A DNA stretch of 54,387 bases, the filler included, from Sphacelaria rigidula (taxonomy: Eukaryota): assembly GCA_964200075.2 (NCBI GenBank). It is 5 parts of 5 records of this genome, joined end to end, with 100 filler letters (N's around TTAATTAATTAA, not from the genome) between each part and the next. Parts side by side here need not be neighbours in the genome. Positions count along the whole stretch, not along the records: positions 10,900 to 21,698 come from CAXNAA020005891.1; positions 21,799 to 32,595 come from CAXNAA020005892.1; 3 more parts are not named here. One strand, given 5' to 3'. The translations under genes were made by a program, and so were the position numbers. Below, one piece after another: positions 12,270 to 24,128 of the stretch (the first letter of the stretch is position 1; every line of letters begins with the position of its first letter). The notes under the pieces were generated by a model that had not been told where the DNA came from, made no database searches, and saw only the letters and a program-made list of their open reading frames with translations.

Positions 12270-14309
12270 TTAGCGGGGGGAAAGGCGTGCACGGGTCCTC
12301 CATTCAATCCACCTCTCTCGCGGGCGGGATGAGACCGCGGACACGTGACGAGACGGGGAGGACACGTTCACTTCCAACTTCACGTCGGTTCCGTCGTCTT
12401 CAGACATTACGTCATCCCCGGCTGCCACGTGAAGTACCGGCAGCACCTGGGCCGTCCGGCGAATCCGCTTCGTGTTCCTTCCATTGGTGATGCTATTAGT
12501 ACAACTTCGGCTTCTGAGAGTCCTGCTGGAGCAGCCAAGGCTCATGCTGTCGTAACTGCTGGGTCCCGCAGCAACTCGTATGCTACTACGTATCCCTTCG
12601 AAACTTCGCGCAGGCGCAACAGTGTCCTCCCTTTTGATTTTCTTGCGCATCTCCGCCCCTCCTATAGTAGCCCTATCTGCTGCCGCCGCGCCGGGGGGCT
12701 GTCTCGGGGGGGCAGGCGACGTAGTCGTGGAATTTGCACCACGTCGCCTATCGCGGATGACACGCGGGTTGCAACGAGAATCAGCGTTACGACCATCATC
12801 GTTCGTGTTGGGACCGGCATTCTGTGAATGACCGGATTGTTCACATCCATCCATACCAACGCCAGTTTCTCCCGTGACGAAGTCATCACTCGCTGGGCTT
12901 TTTCTTCGGATATCATGGGACAGACCATATGACCAAGTCATGCGCAGCACCACGGCAGGTGTTCCCGTGCTCCTGAACGAGGTTAGAATGATGCTGCGAG
13001 GCGCAGTTATCGCCGTCCACGACGACCATCCCTACGCGGGTGTGTGCGGCGCAGAACACCACCTTCTTGCTACCGGCTAAACCGAACGATGGGTATGTGA
13101 AGCAGCCCTCCTTGACGCACGGCTTGCTGTTCACATCGACCATGCCCGCTCGGGCGTGTGCGGCGCAGAAGTCCGCCTTCCTGCTACCGGCTGCATCGAA
13201 CGATCGTTGTGTCGAGCAGGCGTCCTTGCCGCACCACCTGTTTTTCACATTGGCCATGCTTGCTCGGGCGTGAGTCGCGCAGAACTCCGCCTTCCTGTTA
13301 CCAGCTGCTACGGAAGATGGGTATCTGGAGCAGCCCTCTTTGCCGCACTGCTCCTTCTTCACATTGACCACGCCCGCTTGGGCGTGAGTGACGCAGAACT
13401 CCGCCTTTCTGCTACTGGCTGCACCAAGCGATGGTACTGTGGAGCAGCCCTCCTTGCCGCACCGCCTGTTGTTCACAGTAACCATACCCTCTAGGGCGTG
13501 TGTCGCGCAGAACTCCGCCCTCTTGCTACCGGCTGCACCGAACGATGATCGTGTGGATCAGCCGTCCTTGCCGCACCGCTTGCCCTTCACATTGATCATG
13601 CCCGCTGGGGCGTGTGTGGCGCAGAACTCCACTTTCGTGCTACCGGCTGTACCAAACGATGGGTACGTGGAGCAGCCCTGCATGCCGCACCTCCCACTTT
13701 TTACATTGTCCATGCCCGCTTTGGCGCACCTCCCACTTCTTACATTGCCCATGCCCGCTCGGGCGTGTGCGGCACACAACTCCGCCCTCCCGCCACTGGC
13801 TGCACCGAACGATGGTTGAGTGGAGCAGCCTCCCTTGCTGCACCGCCTGTTGTTCACATTGACCATGCCCGCTTGGGCGTGTGTGGCGCAGAACTCTGCC
13901 TTTTTGCTACCGGCTGCACCGAGCGATGATCGTGTGGAGCAGCCCTCCTTGCTGCACCGCTTGTTTACATTGACCATGCCCAATCGGGCGTGTGTCGCGA
14001 AGAACGCTGCCTTTTTGCTACCGGCTGCACCAAGCGATGGTATTGTGGAGCAGCCCTCCTTGCCGCACCGCTTGCTCTTCACATTGACCATACCCGCTCG
14101 GGCGTGAGTCGCGCAGAATGCCGCCTTCCTGCTGCCGGCTGCACCGAACGATGGTATTGTGGAGCAGCCCCCCTTGCCGCACCGCTTGGACCTCACATCG
14201 ACCATGCCCGCTCGGGCGTGTGTGGCGCAGAATTCTGCCTTCCTGTTACCCGCTATGTCGAATGATGATCTCGTGGTGCGCAACTCGTGTGGGTGCACAT
14301 TCCAGGCAC
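12270..14309 (-). pseudogene. EsV-1-7 cysteine-rich repeat protein gene, disabled
   Basis: About 11 tandem ~38-aa repeats of the form CGKEGCSTxPSFGAAGSxKAEFCATHARAGMVxV, followed by a low-complexity tail ending ...DVKLEV. Lesions: a 2-bp frameshift near 14279 (MCTHTSC/TTRSSF), an in-frame TGA at 13558-13560 in place of a conserved Cys, and a frame change near 12950. Possible upstream acceptor TTGTTGCAG near 14429. Confidence 0.85.
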
Positions 14310-14599
14310 TCCCTTCACAACCGCACTAGAGGAAGGACAAGGCTGCGGTAGTCCCCGCTGCTGCTGCTGCTACGATCCGCACTGTCACGGACTCGTTTGT
14401 GAGACCCGCTGACCAGTTTTGGAGCAACCTGCAACAATCAACCAGCAAAGATAACCTTAGGCCGCGCTCATGTAAAAGATAGGTGATCTGTCATCATAGT
14501 ATCTCGGTCGCATATGGGCAGGTGCGCTAGAGTGAACTGACACATCAACCGTTGAGTTAGCAGGCGACAGAGATAAGTACTGCAGCAGGGTCGTCACAG

Positions 14600-15563
14600 G
14601 GAAGGGGGAGGTGTACTCATTTGTTGCTTGCCTTAGTCGTTTGACCATTGACCTCGCATCTTTCGAGACGGAGCACCGCTCCTACTCCTAATAGAGACAC
14701 CTTCAACATTCCGGCATTGATCACGTTCCTTCCATACATTACACTAAAACCTGTTACATATCTTATCCCCGTCATGTTTCGCCGTCTCTGGTCACCATCT
14801 ATCTACTAGTATAGCAATCGTCTTCTCCCTACTGTCTAATGCATCAAACACTTTCATACCCCCTTTGTTCACGTCCCGCATTCCCCCCTCTAGCATGTCC
14901 CGTTCCTCCTCGTATAACTCATATTCTGCCATTATACGACTTTTGCTCTCTATTGCTTTGCCACAGAGGCAGTTCAGTCCATCTACTTCCTCGTCCTTTC
15001 GACGACTGGTGTCTATCTTTCTTCTTTCTGGCAGGCCCAGGTTCCCCACCCGAAATTCCAGTTTCATATTTTTCGCAGCGTCCATGGGGCCATGCAAGTA
15101 TGCCTTCATCCCTATCCCCTCTCTCAACCCCAGGTATATCTCCAGATGTTCTTCCTCATCTAGCTTGCTCGTGAGCGCTCCTTTTCCTCTTACTTCTGTC
15201 GTGTCTCTTACTTTTGCATTGTACCTAGCGTCTTCATCTATGGACAGTATCTTGTCTTGGTTTCCTCCTATCTCCTTCCACACTTTCATGACTTTTCTAT
15301 CCCACTGAAATTCCAGCCTTCCCTTTCTTACTCTTTTTCCATACAGCCCTATCAACTATAGCTGGTAATCTCTTTCTCTGCATGTTCTTCACGCCATATT
15401 GCCATCGCAATTTTCTCATGTCTCTGTTATAAGTAAGTACATTCCCAACTCAGCTCGCAAAACTGTACTACTCGTCGTTATCGAGCATCCAAGTATCTTC
15501 TTAGCTGCTGTCATCTGTACTGTTTCCAACCTCTGCACCAACTGCACGTTCCCTTTCCATACT
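14600..15563 (-). mobile_element. 5'-truncated LINE, post-RT C-terminal region and 3' UTR
   Basis: Frameshifted peptides LETVQMTAAKKILGCSITTSSTVLRAELGMY, RKLRWQY, GIGMKAYLHGPMDAAKNMKLEFRVG and CLCGKAIES. The 3' terminus ...CTAAGGCAAGCAACAAATGAGTACAC recurs at about 10697, 29956 and 43437. Confidence 0.8.
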
Positions 15564-15989
15564 TTAACGAGAAGTGTAGTCTCGAGACGTGGTTTTGCAG
15601 CGCGGGGGGCACGGCTGAAGCAACAGGAAGGAGTGTCGAAGTCTGAAGATGCACAGAAGTCTACAGTATCGGGGACGCTAGTATGGTTTCTCCATCAATC
15701 CGACTTACGTGACACACGATGCGCATACGATCATTCTGTTCTGTGCATCTGGCATCGGGCTCACAGGCTGGATGAACAATAAGTTTAAATGAGTGATACT
15801 CCTCGGCATATAAACGATTGATGATGAACGCCTACACCAGGCAGATGGTGATGTGGGAGTGGGCAGCACACGCCGATCCACCACGTTTTCAGAGTACTGT
15901 CATGCGCTGTTGGGAGACATCAGCTTATCCTGTGTTGGTGCGCAAAGGATGCTCTGCGCTACGTATGGTGGGGGTGGCCACTGGCAGGA

Positions 15990-17800
15990 TGGTTGTGCAT
16001 ACTACTGCACCCACCATACGGCACTAGCCAGGCGATCTGATAGCCGGCTGTGCCTAAATCAGTTTCCCTTGTTACCACCCGCTGAAACAAGACAGACCTT
16101 TGAACTAGGGAGGAGTGTGGAAATGCACCCCTCTCGAAAACTGGTAGTACTTCATTGATATCCTCCTTGCCTGAAGAATGTAAGCATCGACTCCTGAAAC
16201 GCATTCACTGGACGGGATGAACTCAAAGGAGCTTGCTGGGTGTTGGGCTCCTGAATACTCTGATACGTCGCCTCGATATAGCAACAAGGACTCTTAGTTC
16301 ATCTTTGTTGGCACGAAAGCGCACCTCTACACAGCCGGCCGAAAACCATGACGGCCATTGAATTCACCGCTTGTCGTGAAGCAGTGCCACACCTTTCCGT
16401 CACAGACAATATCTATGGTGTCCTCGATCGACACTTTCAGCAAATACTTCGGGTTCCCCAGCCAACAAGGATAGGGCACTCTGAGGTCTGAAGGCAATAC
16501 TCGCCCCCCAGCTCCCTACTGCGACACCGCGTGTTGGGCTGCCGCATATAATGCCGTCCAAAATACTGGCGGCTCGCAACCGCGGCTGAATTCCTACTTT
16601 TGGAAACTTCGCGTCGACCCCTTTCAGCACTCTTCGCAGGGACTAGTGTCCGACAGGCATCCATTCGGTGCACCACCTCGTGGATATTGCTTGACAAGGC
16701 ATGGAAATGTTTCACAGCTACCGAACGATGCGCACTTGAGGTGGCTTATAACCGCCAACGGCCGACGCTGATGAGTCTGAAAGCCATGACCATGCTGGCA
16801 TCCGCGCCAACAAAAGCTGTCCATGGTGAGCTATCCGATCTCCGATAACTGTTAGCTCGCCGCAGGCCACCCACCTCCGAAAATCCGTGATTTTCGGCAT
16901 CAGGTAACATTTGCCGTTCCCGGTTAGCTGAGCACACGGCGAATTGCCTCATTTTCACGCCGGCCTTGTGTGCCGCGGACAAATCCACAAAGTACAACCA
17001 TCGTCGTACAATAAACTGTCCTGGCCGAATCACGAGTGATATATGCAATACGACACCAGGGAGCGGCACAATGCCCCAACCACGTGGTGTTGTGACCGTG
17101 GCCCCTTACGACGGTGATATGCGGGCAGTGGATGTGCGGGCACCGCGAAAATACGTGTGATCAGATGAGTATTCACGAGCAGAGGCCGCCAATGGCGAGG
17201 TCAGAGACCCAATCCACTCCGCGATCATAACTGTAGCCGGGGATCAGACACCACCACATTATCCGCAGCATAGCTGAAAACGCGTTCACCCGCAGAATTC
17301 ATAGGCACCTGTCGGTATGCCCCACTCGCATATTTCTCACCAATTACAGAACGCGCAGCTCCACCCCGAGAGCGCCGCATATGCGAAATTCGCAACATCA
17401 TATATATCCTCAACCACGTGGCCCAGTTCCGCTGAAGGCGCACATGCAAATTCCGTGTCTGCATCACCACTCGTGGCCCCATCAGGATCATTCCTCATTT
17501 CTGGGAACAAAAGGTCATGAATCGTGCCGAAAATTATCTGATCCGAATTCCACCGAAAGTATACGTATCTGATCATTTTCGTTGGCGCGTGTTTTTTTGT
17601 CAAACTCAATCGCTCTGCCACTGGTTGCATCCCTTCTCATTTTTGACCGCAACCTGTGGGTATGCGGGACAGTGCTTTACGATTGCCGTATCCCACCGTC
17701 GGTATCTTTCGAATCTCCTTTGCATCCACCCTAACCCCTGATTCCGACGTGCGCAGTAAAAGTCGATGTATCTCGGAGATTGTTGCTCGCCCTCCCGGAC
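15990..17800 (-). mobile_element. Degenerate DIRS/Ngaro-type tyrosine-recombinase retrotransposon (RT, RNase H and YR remnants)
   Basis: RT-like TIHDLLF...DADTEFACAPSAELGHV, GAYRQVPMNSAGERVFSY...VVVSDPRLQL and LHISLVIRPGQFIVRR. RNase H-like WLSDSSASAVGGY. YR N-terminal-like VAVKHFH...LKGVDAKFPKVGIQPRLR...EVFAESVDRGHHRYCL. Many stops and frameshifts; boundaries approximate. Confidence 0.7.
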
Positions 17801-20156
17801 CAATGTGACATACGCTGAACGTCGATATGCACTGGAAAGTGCGAAGAACCAGCATCATCAATCAAACGGTCGATGTTTCCTCCCGTGAGCGCCAGTAAGT
17901 TAGACCCCACCTGTAAGGTCGTTCGTAACTGTTCTGCACAGTACATCAGGCTAAGCTGGTGATTCAAACTTGCGATCAATTCAGCAGTCCAGGCTGATAC
18001 TCGCGACATGTGATCAATTTCAGCATTTGATCAGGGAGTGTGTAGCCCCAGAAAACTTGTTCCCAAACGAGTAACTAGGTGATACTGTTGTACACACACC
18101 GGTTTTGCGAGCCCCCAACGATCCTGGCACGAGCGACGCGCGTTCGTCAATGGTCCGGACTGCCTGCATCAGCGCCGTTGGAACTCAAGGGTTGAATGTA
18201 CGAGCAAAAACAAAACGTTCGGCAGTGCTTCATCAATCTATGGCGACCATGTGTGACGACAAAAAAGGAGGGGAAGCTCTTGAAGGAAGAGCGTACTGCC
18301 TACGCGCGTGTGCCCTCTCCGATTCTGAATACCTCACGATTCAATCTCTTACCGCGCCCAAAATGAAGCACTAAGCCGAAAATGACCGGTGTTTTGAGAC
18401 AAAAATCTGCAACACAGCAAAGCAAAGATGCCCAAAGGGTATTGATTACCTTGCATATAGACGGCAGCCTTCAACGAGTTGAATACGTTTCTGGCATCGC
18501 CACTCCCGGAGACACCCATGGTGGATACACTACCTCGTGGGTGTCCCACCATTCGAACACTACGTAGCACAGTTATCCCCATTGTGCGGAGTTGAGGTTC
18601 TCCCACGCCGCACAACATGACCCGGCTCGACCACCATCATGGTTACTAATACAAAAACGCAAGTGCGCAAAACGAATCGGTAACCTAGTTGCCTAGCTTA
18701 CGCAGTGAGTGGCGTGTTTTATAGCGTCATCGCCAACCGACGCCAACCGACGCCAACCCCATCGGGGGTCCGCCCCTACAAAGCCAGGACGGAGCACGCC
18801 GGGTTCTCGCCAGACCAGGCATGGGAGAGGGGGGCGGGGGGGGGGATTAGGACGAAATTTCTTCGTTGATATTTTTCTTTCACGCGACAGCCCTGCTCAT
18901 GTCTCCCATTGCCCCTCTCGGTCGACCCGTCAATGGGAATGCGAGGTTGCTTCCCGTTCCATGCGGTGTTGGTTTTGGCAGAGAACCGACCTGTGGCTGT
19001 TGCCCCGTAGCACGTGAGACATGCACAGCCTGGAGATAATTCTAAAGGAGTATAGCACATGCACGACCCATACCTACAAAGTTTGGCGTCGTTGGTGCCT
19101 CCCGCATTTTGTGAGTGTTGGAGTCATCGACTGTATGACAAACCTTGAACCATTCTCCGCTCTGCTCCTCATTATGGGTCGAACCTCAGCCTAGCTGGTA
19201 AACAATCCAAGGACGTTTCAAGTTCGAACAGAAAGATCTGCTGATGCCACCAGTAGATTCATGCCCGTCGCCTCATCCGTGGTGCAGTGACAAGGCACGA
19301 TTGTTCAGGCGCCCCTCTTTTGACAGTTCCGCACGCTCACGTGAGGTGACACCCCCTTGCACGATCGGTTTTGTTTTTTATTCCATTGCTGACTGTCGAC
19401 TGTAGATATCACACCACACGTGGAATTTGGATTTTTTGCTACCGGTTTTGGCAAAACCCCGTGCTCGACTTCCTGTGTGATCTACTTATTTTACTTACTT
19501 CCGGTTTTTTGTAATCGGATCACCGGGGGAGGAGGGACGTCGATCGTTTTCCGTCGTTTCGTGTTTTTTTCAGCACTCTAGACATCCCGCGTGCTTTCTG
19601 AAGCATAACGTTTTTCATCAGCTCTTCATCCTGACCGTCGACAATAACCAAACATTCACAGGACGAGCACGGTGACTATGCTAGTCTCGAGGAAAAATAT
19701 AATTTCCAAGGCTAAGCTTAACCCTCGCCCCCGAAGAAAGTAGGCTGTGAACCTCCAGGCTCGGTGGGTTTTTGGTGCCCAAGTGCCGAGATACAGTAGT
19801 CAGCGTCAGAAGTATGCAGAGTCCGTAATGTCTTAGTTTCTCAACGATTGTCCAAGTTTGTTTTGCTTGCCACCGCTCATCACGGTGACTGCTGGATGCA
19901 AAAAAATAGGTATCCGGAGATATTTGAATCCTCTTGAAAAATATTGGAAGAAAGATCATTTGCGATCAATCGTAAGTGACGTACGGGCTTGACCGATCTT
20001 CGTGGGTCCTGCAAAAATACGACCCCAGGCTCTAGCTTTTCGGTGGACCGACTCGATCCGGATGAAATAAGTGAAGACTCGAAAAGGAACGTTTTTTCAA
20101 AATTCCACCTAGTCACTGCGCTAAAGCAGGAAAACTATGTTTCTCGGACCATTTAC

Positions 20157-20570
20157 GGTCAATAACTCCCTCCTGATAAGCGGGGTCTTCACCCGGTATC
20201 GCCCCCACAACAACAACTTGGGCGATTGTGATTTGAGCACGGTTTGCTTATTTTGCCGAAGCTATCGACGCTGGCACTTTCGAGTGCTCATGGAAAATGT
20301 TACGCGGAAAAAATCGGAAATAGGCGATCCGCAGAAAATGCTAGACTGAGGTCTGCGCAGTATAGGAGGGAAACACGATCTCGATCGTTATTGTGAAGAA
20401 TTTTAAACGTATTAATTTAGCTGAATATTTACCTTTTCGCCGCTGAAGAGCGGGGGAACTGCTTATATTGGACCAAAAATGGTCAATAACACCCTCCTGA
20501 TAAACGGGTTATCAAATCCGTATCGCCCCAAAAGCACCAACAACGTGAGCACTGCAGTTTGAGCGCGGCC
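20157..20570. repeat. Pair of diverged ~90-bp direct repeats
   Basis: GGTCAATAAC(T/A)CCCTCCTGATAA(G/A)CGGG...GTATCGCCCC...TTTGAGC starts at 20157 and again at 20481. Confidence 0.7.
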
Positions 20571-21698
20571 TACGCTCTCTCCCTAACTCTACTGGCGCTA
20601 GCACTTTCAAGTGATAGTAGTGAAGAACGGTACTCCAGAAAAACTCAGAAAAAAGGACAACTACGAATTCTGAAAACTTCTGACGCTGACTACTATAGAG
20701 GGTGTTTTGGCCGCATTTTTACGTCAATAGAAGAGCCATACTCCACATCTACTCCTGCAACGTGGTTCGATTATTTTTCAATTTTGAAAAGCTTGGGTGA
20801 TAGAGGATTAAAGAGTCTTTCTCTGGGTACTCTGGTCATTGTTCTACGTGTTGCGGTTCCCACGAACCAGAGTTTTCCCCGTCAGGTGCCTCAAGCGTAC
20901 CTTAATTGGTACATTTACCTCTACTCTCAGTGTACAGCAGTAAAATTCTCGGGTTTTGTTCTTGGAAATCCCGCTGTCCGAAGTTGATTAACCCACAAGG
21001 CATACACCGACAGAGATAATAATAAGTCAAACACTGCCAATCAATGCATGGTATACGAATATTCTGTTTTTTGTCAGAAGTACTCGTCTACTATGTTGTA
21101 CGACAAGGATAAATGATACGAGTAAATGTATCGCTTTGATCAAGATAGGGCAGCGGTCAAAAAAGGTATGTGACGCTAGCAGGTTGGCAGATCCCACATC
21201 CTCATCTTATCACCACTACTATATACTCAACGTGACGGCGTGATCTCGTCACAGGTACATTATACCTTATCGACTTAAACCACGGTAGTTGCAGCGGAGA
21301 GCGAGGCTTCACAAATGCATATGCAGTCAATCAAGGTGTCCACATCGCTTTGCCCACATAAGGATTTTCGAGTGACCTAAAACAGGCTCAGAAGCGGCCC
21401 GAATCGACAACAACTGGTAAAAACTTCAGAATGGAAGGTGTCGCCCACCCCTGAGGACGGTAGAGGCGAGCATGATGATAGATGTGCAATATATAGACAG
21501 GGCTCTCATGGGCATTAATATATAACAAGAAGAGTCAGGGCATTTCTCTCGTGCATTTACCAGTACAACAGGAGTATTCCCGATATGATTCGACCCTGTC
21601 CACTCCATGCCTTGCCGTTTGAGTCTAGGGCACAGGAGGGCCGTTTTTACCTGGTTTAAACAGCCGATCATCTATTTTGAGGATGGTGCTGTTCATTG

Positions 21699-21798
21699 NN
21701 NNNNNNNNNNNNNNNNNNNNNNNNNNNNNNNNNNNNNNNNNNTTAATTAATTAANNNNNNNNNNNNNNNNNNNNNNNNNNNNNNNNNNNNNNNNNNNN
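21699..21798. other. Artificial contig linker
   Basis: N44-TTAATTAATTAA-N44. Confidence 0.98.
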
Positions 21799-22036
21799 CC
21801 CCACAGAGAGGAGCCTAGTCTGCCTTACAGATTCGCTTGGCTCCGAGGTTTCGAGATTGGCCGCCGATCAAAAATTCGTGGGAAAAAATCTGTGCTTGCC
21901 AATCCCCGCCAGTTTGCCCAATAATCTGTGGATCGGCAAGCACAGATTCTTGCGCACGAATTTTTGTGCAGCGGCCGATCTCGAAACCTCGAAGCCAAGT
22001 GAATCTGAAAAGCAGACTAGGCTCCTCTCTGTGGGG
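21799..22036. repeat. Foldback element, ~107-bp imperfect arms, 24-nt loop
   Basis: Ends CCCCACAGAGAGGAGCCTAGTCTGC and GCAGACTAGGCTCCTCTCTGTGGGG are reverse complements. The arms differ at scattered positions. Confidence 0.88.
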
Positions 22037-22158
22037 TGATGCAAAGTGTCCGAGACGTGTTGGCGGTTTTCCCTATTTGGGGGTCAAAAGTGGGTCAAAC
22101 GTCCCAAAAGTGAACAATCCGTGGGCAAAAAATCTGTGTGCCATAACGTCCGGCCTAA

Positions 22159-24128
22159 AGGCGTGTCTTGGCACATTAGTTTTCGATCGAAATTTTGCGA
22201 TGAAAAACAAAAATCCCAAGCTTATACAGTAGATCGTAATTCCAACCGCCGTCGAAAATCGTGCACCGCCTTTACTTTCCATGAGCGCGTTGGCAATTTG
22301 ATCGCCCACACCCTAACACGCAACTCCGTCGGTGGACCCACAAATATTAGGTGCCCAAGTTTTCGCCAACAAGAAGGAAACACATCATGCCCAAAGAGTG
22401 GTGGTGTCAGTTTCTTATCTCTGCAGTGTATGTATGTATCCCTGTGCTCAGTTCGTGATCTATGCCGCAGGGTTGAGTATATAGGTATCTGCGAATGAAT
22501 CATTTGGGTTTTGCGTAGTTCTGTGAAACGGTGGTATCTGGCTCGGTTGTCTGCAACATAGGAGTTACGTGTCCCTTCGTTCATTCCGCCGTTCGTTTCG
22601 CTCGAAAAAGCGAAGATTTTCTGTTTTTGATCCTGCCCGTCGCGCGCAACTAACTGTAAAATGGACGGTGAACAGGTCTGATTTGGCGTGGTTGTCTGTG
22701 AGATGTGGAGTCAAGTGCCGTTTCGTGACTTCCGACCGCATATTTTCGATCGAAAACGATTGTTTTTTACCAGTGTTGAATATCTAACGGAAAAAAAAGT
22801 TCGATACGATATTTTTTACGTATCGACCTCAAGACGTCGATAACGATATTTTTTTCGATACCCGGAGAATGACCCGATACGTATCGACACGCGATACTGA
22901 TAGTCAACACGATACGATACGAGACGGCTGTTTTGGTGGGGACACAGCTCGCAAGACATCACGGTACTGCACTGACACTAGCAAACTAGACCTAACCCGG
23001 AGTGGGTGTACGCCTGATCGTATAAAGGTACAGCCGCACTAGTGTGTTATTTGTTATTTGTCATCTGACATCGTAGAAGCGGCGGCACAATACGCGGCGT
23101 GATGCTTCGGTTTGACAAAAATGGTTCACGTGGAGAGACCAGTCGCAAAAGAGGTAGTTGATCACAACTTGAGGTGTCATGCCTGATAGATTGTGTGTTG
23201 TTCAAGCCGGTGATATACTATAGTATATTCCGCGGCCACTATTTCGTTGTGTTTCTATCGAATTTGAGCATTTACCTCGGCTCTGCGCACTGCGCACTGC
23301 GCACGCACTCATTATTCAGTAACAAACGCGCCAAACGTCGAAACTGGGCGATAAATAGTAAGGAATGAACATGCGCGCTCGCTTTTTCTGTTCTACATAC
23401 TGTACCAAACAAGGGATAGGTCGGCAGCATAGGTCCAATTTTTTCTTTGTCGGCTACACGACCACGTATACTCTCCAGACACCTAAAACTTCGCGGGTAA
23501 CTCTGCTTGCCCGCTCTCTCCACTCTTGGTTGAGGGCAATGAGGCGGCCGCTGGTGCAGCAGCAGCAGCCGCAGCAGACACACGTACAAACGGTTCGGCA
23601 GAAACGTCGACCGTAGCAGACACAGATACAGACGGTTCGGCAAAAACGTCGACCGCAGACTCTGCGCTACCACCTTTCACAAAGCCGAAAGTCTGAAGGC
23701 GGCTCATGTTGCCGACCGGTGTGGTTCGCAGCAAGTGGCTGCGTGGTGTGTGTTGTGTGTGGAGTGGGGCGGGGTGATGGGCGGTGCGACGATGTGCTGT
23801 CTACCACCCCTTCCCCCCCCCGGTAAAATATACGAGTATGTATATATATATATATATATATATTGATATTGTTACGTAGCGACAACTATGGGCTTGGGCA
23901 GCGGCGATACCGATACACCGTATCGACCGATATCGTCGAAATCGTATCGAGTATCGAAATCCGATTTTCAACACTGTTTTTTACCTCTTTGCATTCTTCT
24001 CCGCGCGCCGCTAATTACAATTTTGAGTTGAAGCCTTCGAGGAACATAAATGTGGTGGACCTATCAGATCGGCAAAAGAAAATTCGACCGTACTTTTCCG
24101 ATCGAAATAGAAGTGCCGAGACACGGCC
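22159..24128. mobile_element. PIF/Harbinger-like MITE, copy 1 (hosts a hAT insertion)
   Basis: Ends AGGCGTGTCTTGGCAC and GTGCCGAGACACGGCC. Segments 22668-22770 and 23985-24128 align with 45018-45115 and 46252-46398. Whether the left end belongs to the same element is less certain. Confidence 0.6.
22771..23976. mobile_element. Non-autonomous hAT element
   Basis: TIRs CAGTGTTGAATATC and GATTTTCAACACTG. Perfect 8-bp TSD TTTTTTAC at 22763-22770 and 23977-23984. Subterminal CGATAC/GTATCG repeats. Confidence 0.88.

Noticed and set aside
13558..13560. Selenocysteine UGA in the EsV-1-7 repeat
   Set aside because: A single TGC>TGA change explains it, the gene has additional frameshifts, and no SECIS was identified.
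13040..14351. Multiple plus-strand ORFs over the EsV-1-7 array; also ORFs over 8048-8545 and 33349-35473
   Set aside because: These are antisense or alternate-frame shadows of repeats.
12270..17800. Endogenous phaeovirus insertion (EsV-1-7 plus tyrosine recombinase)
   Set aside because: No NCLDV core genes are seen. The recombinase remnant is linked to RT and RNase H of a DIRS-like element, and EsV-1-7 repeats are common in host genes.
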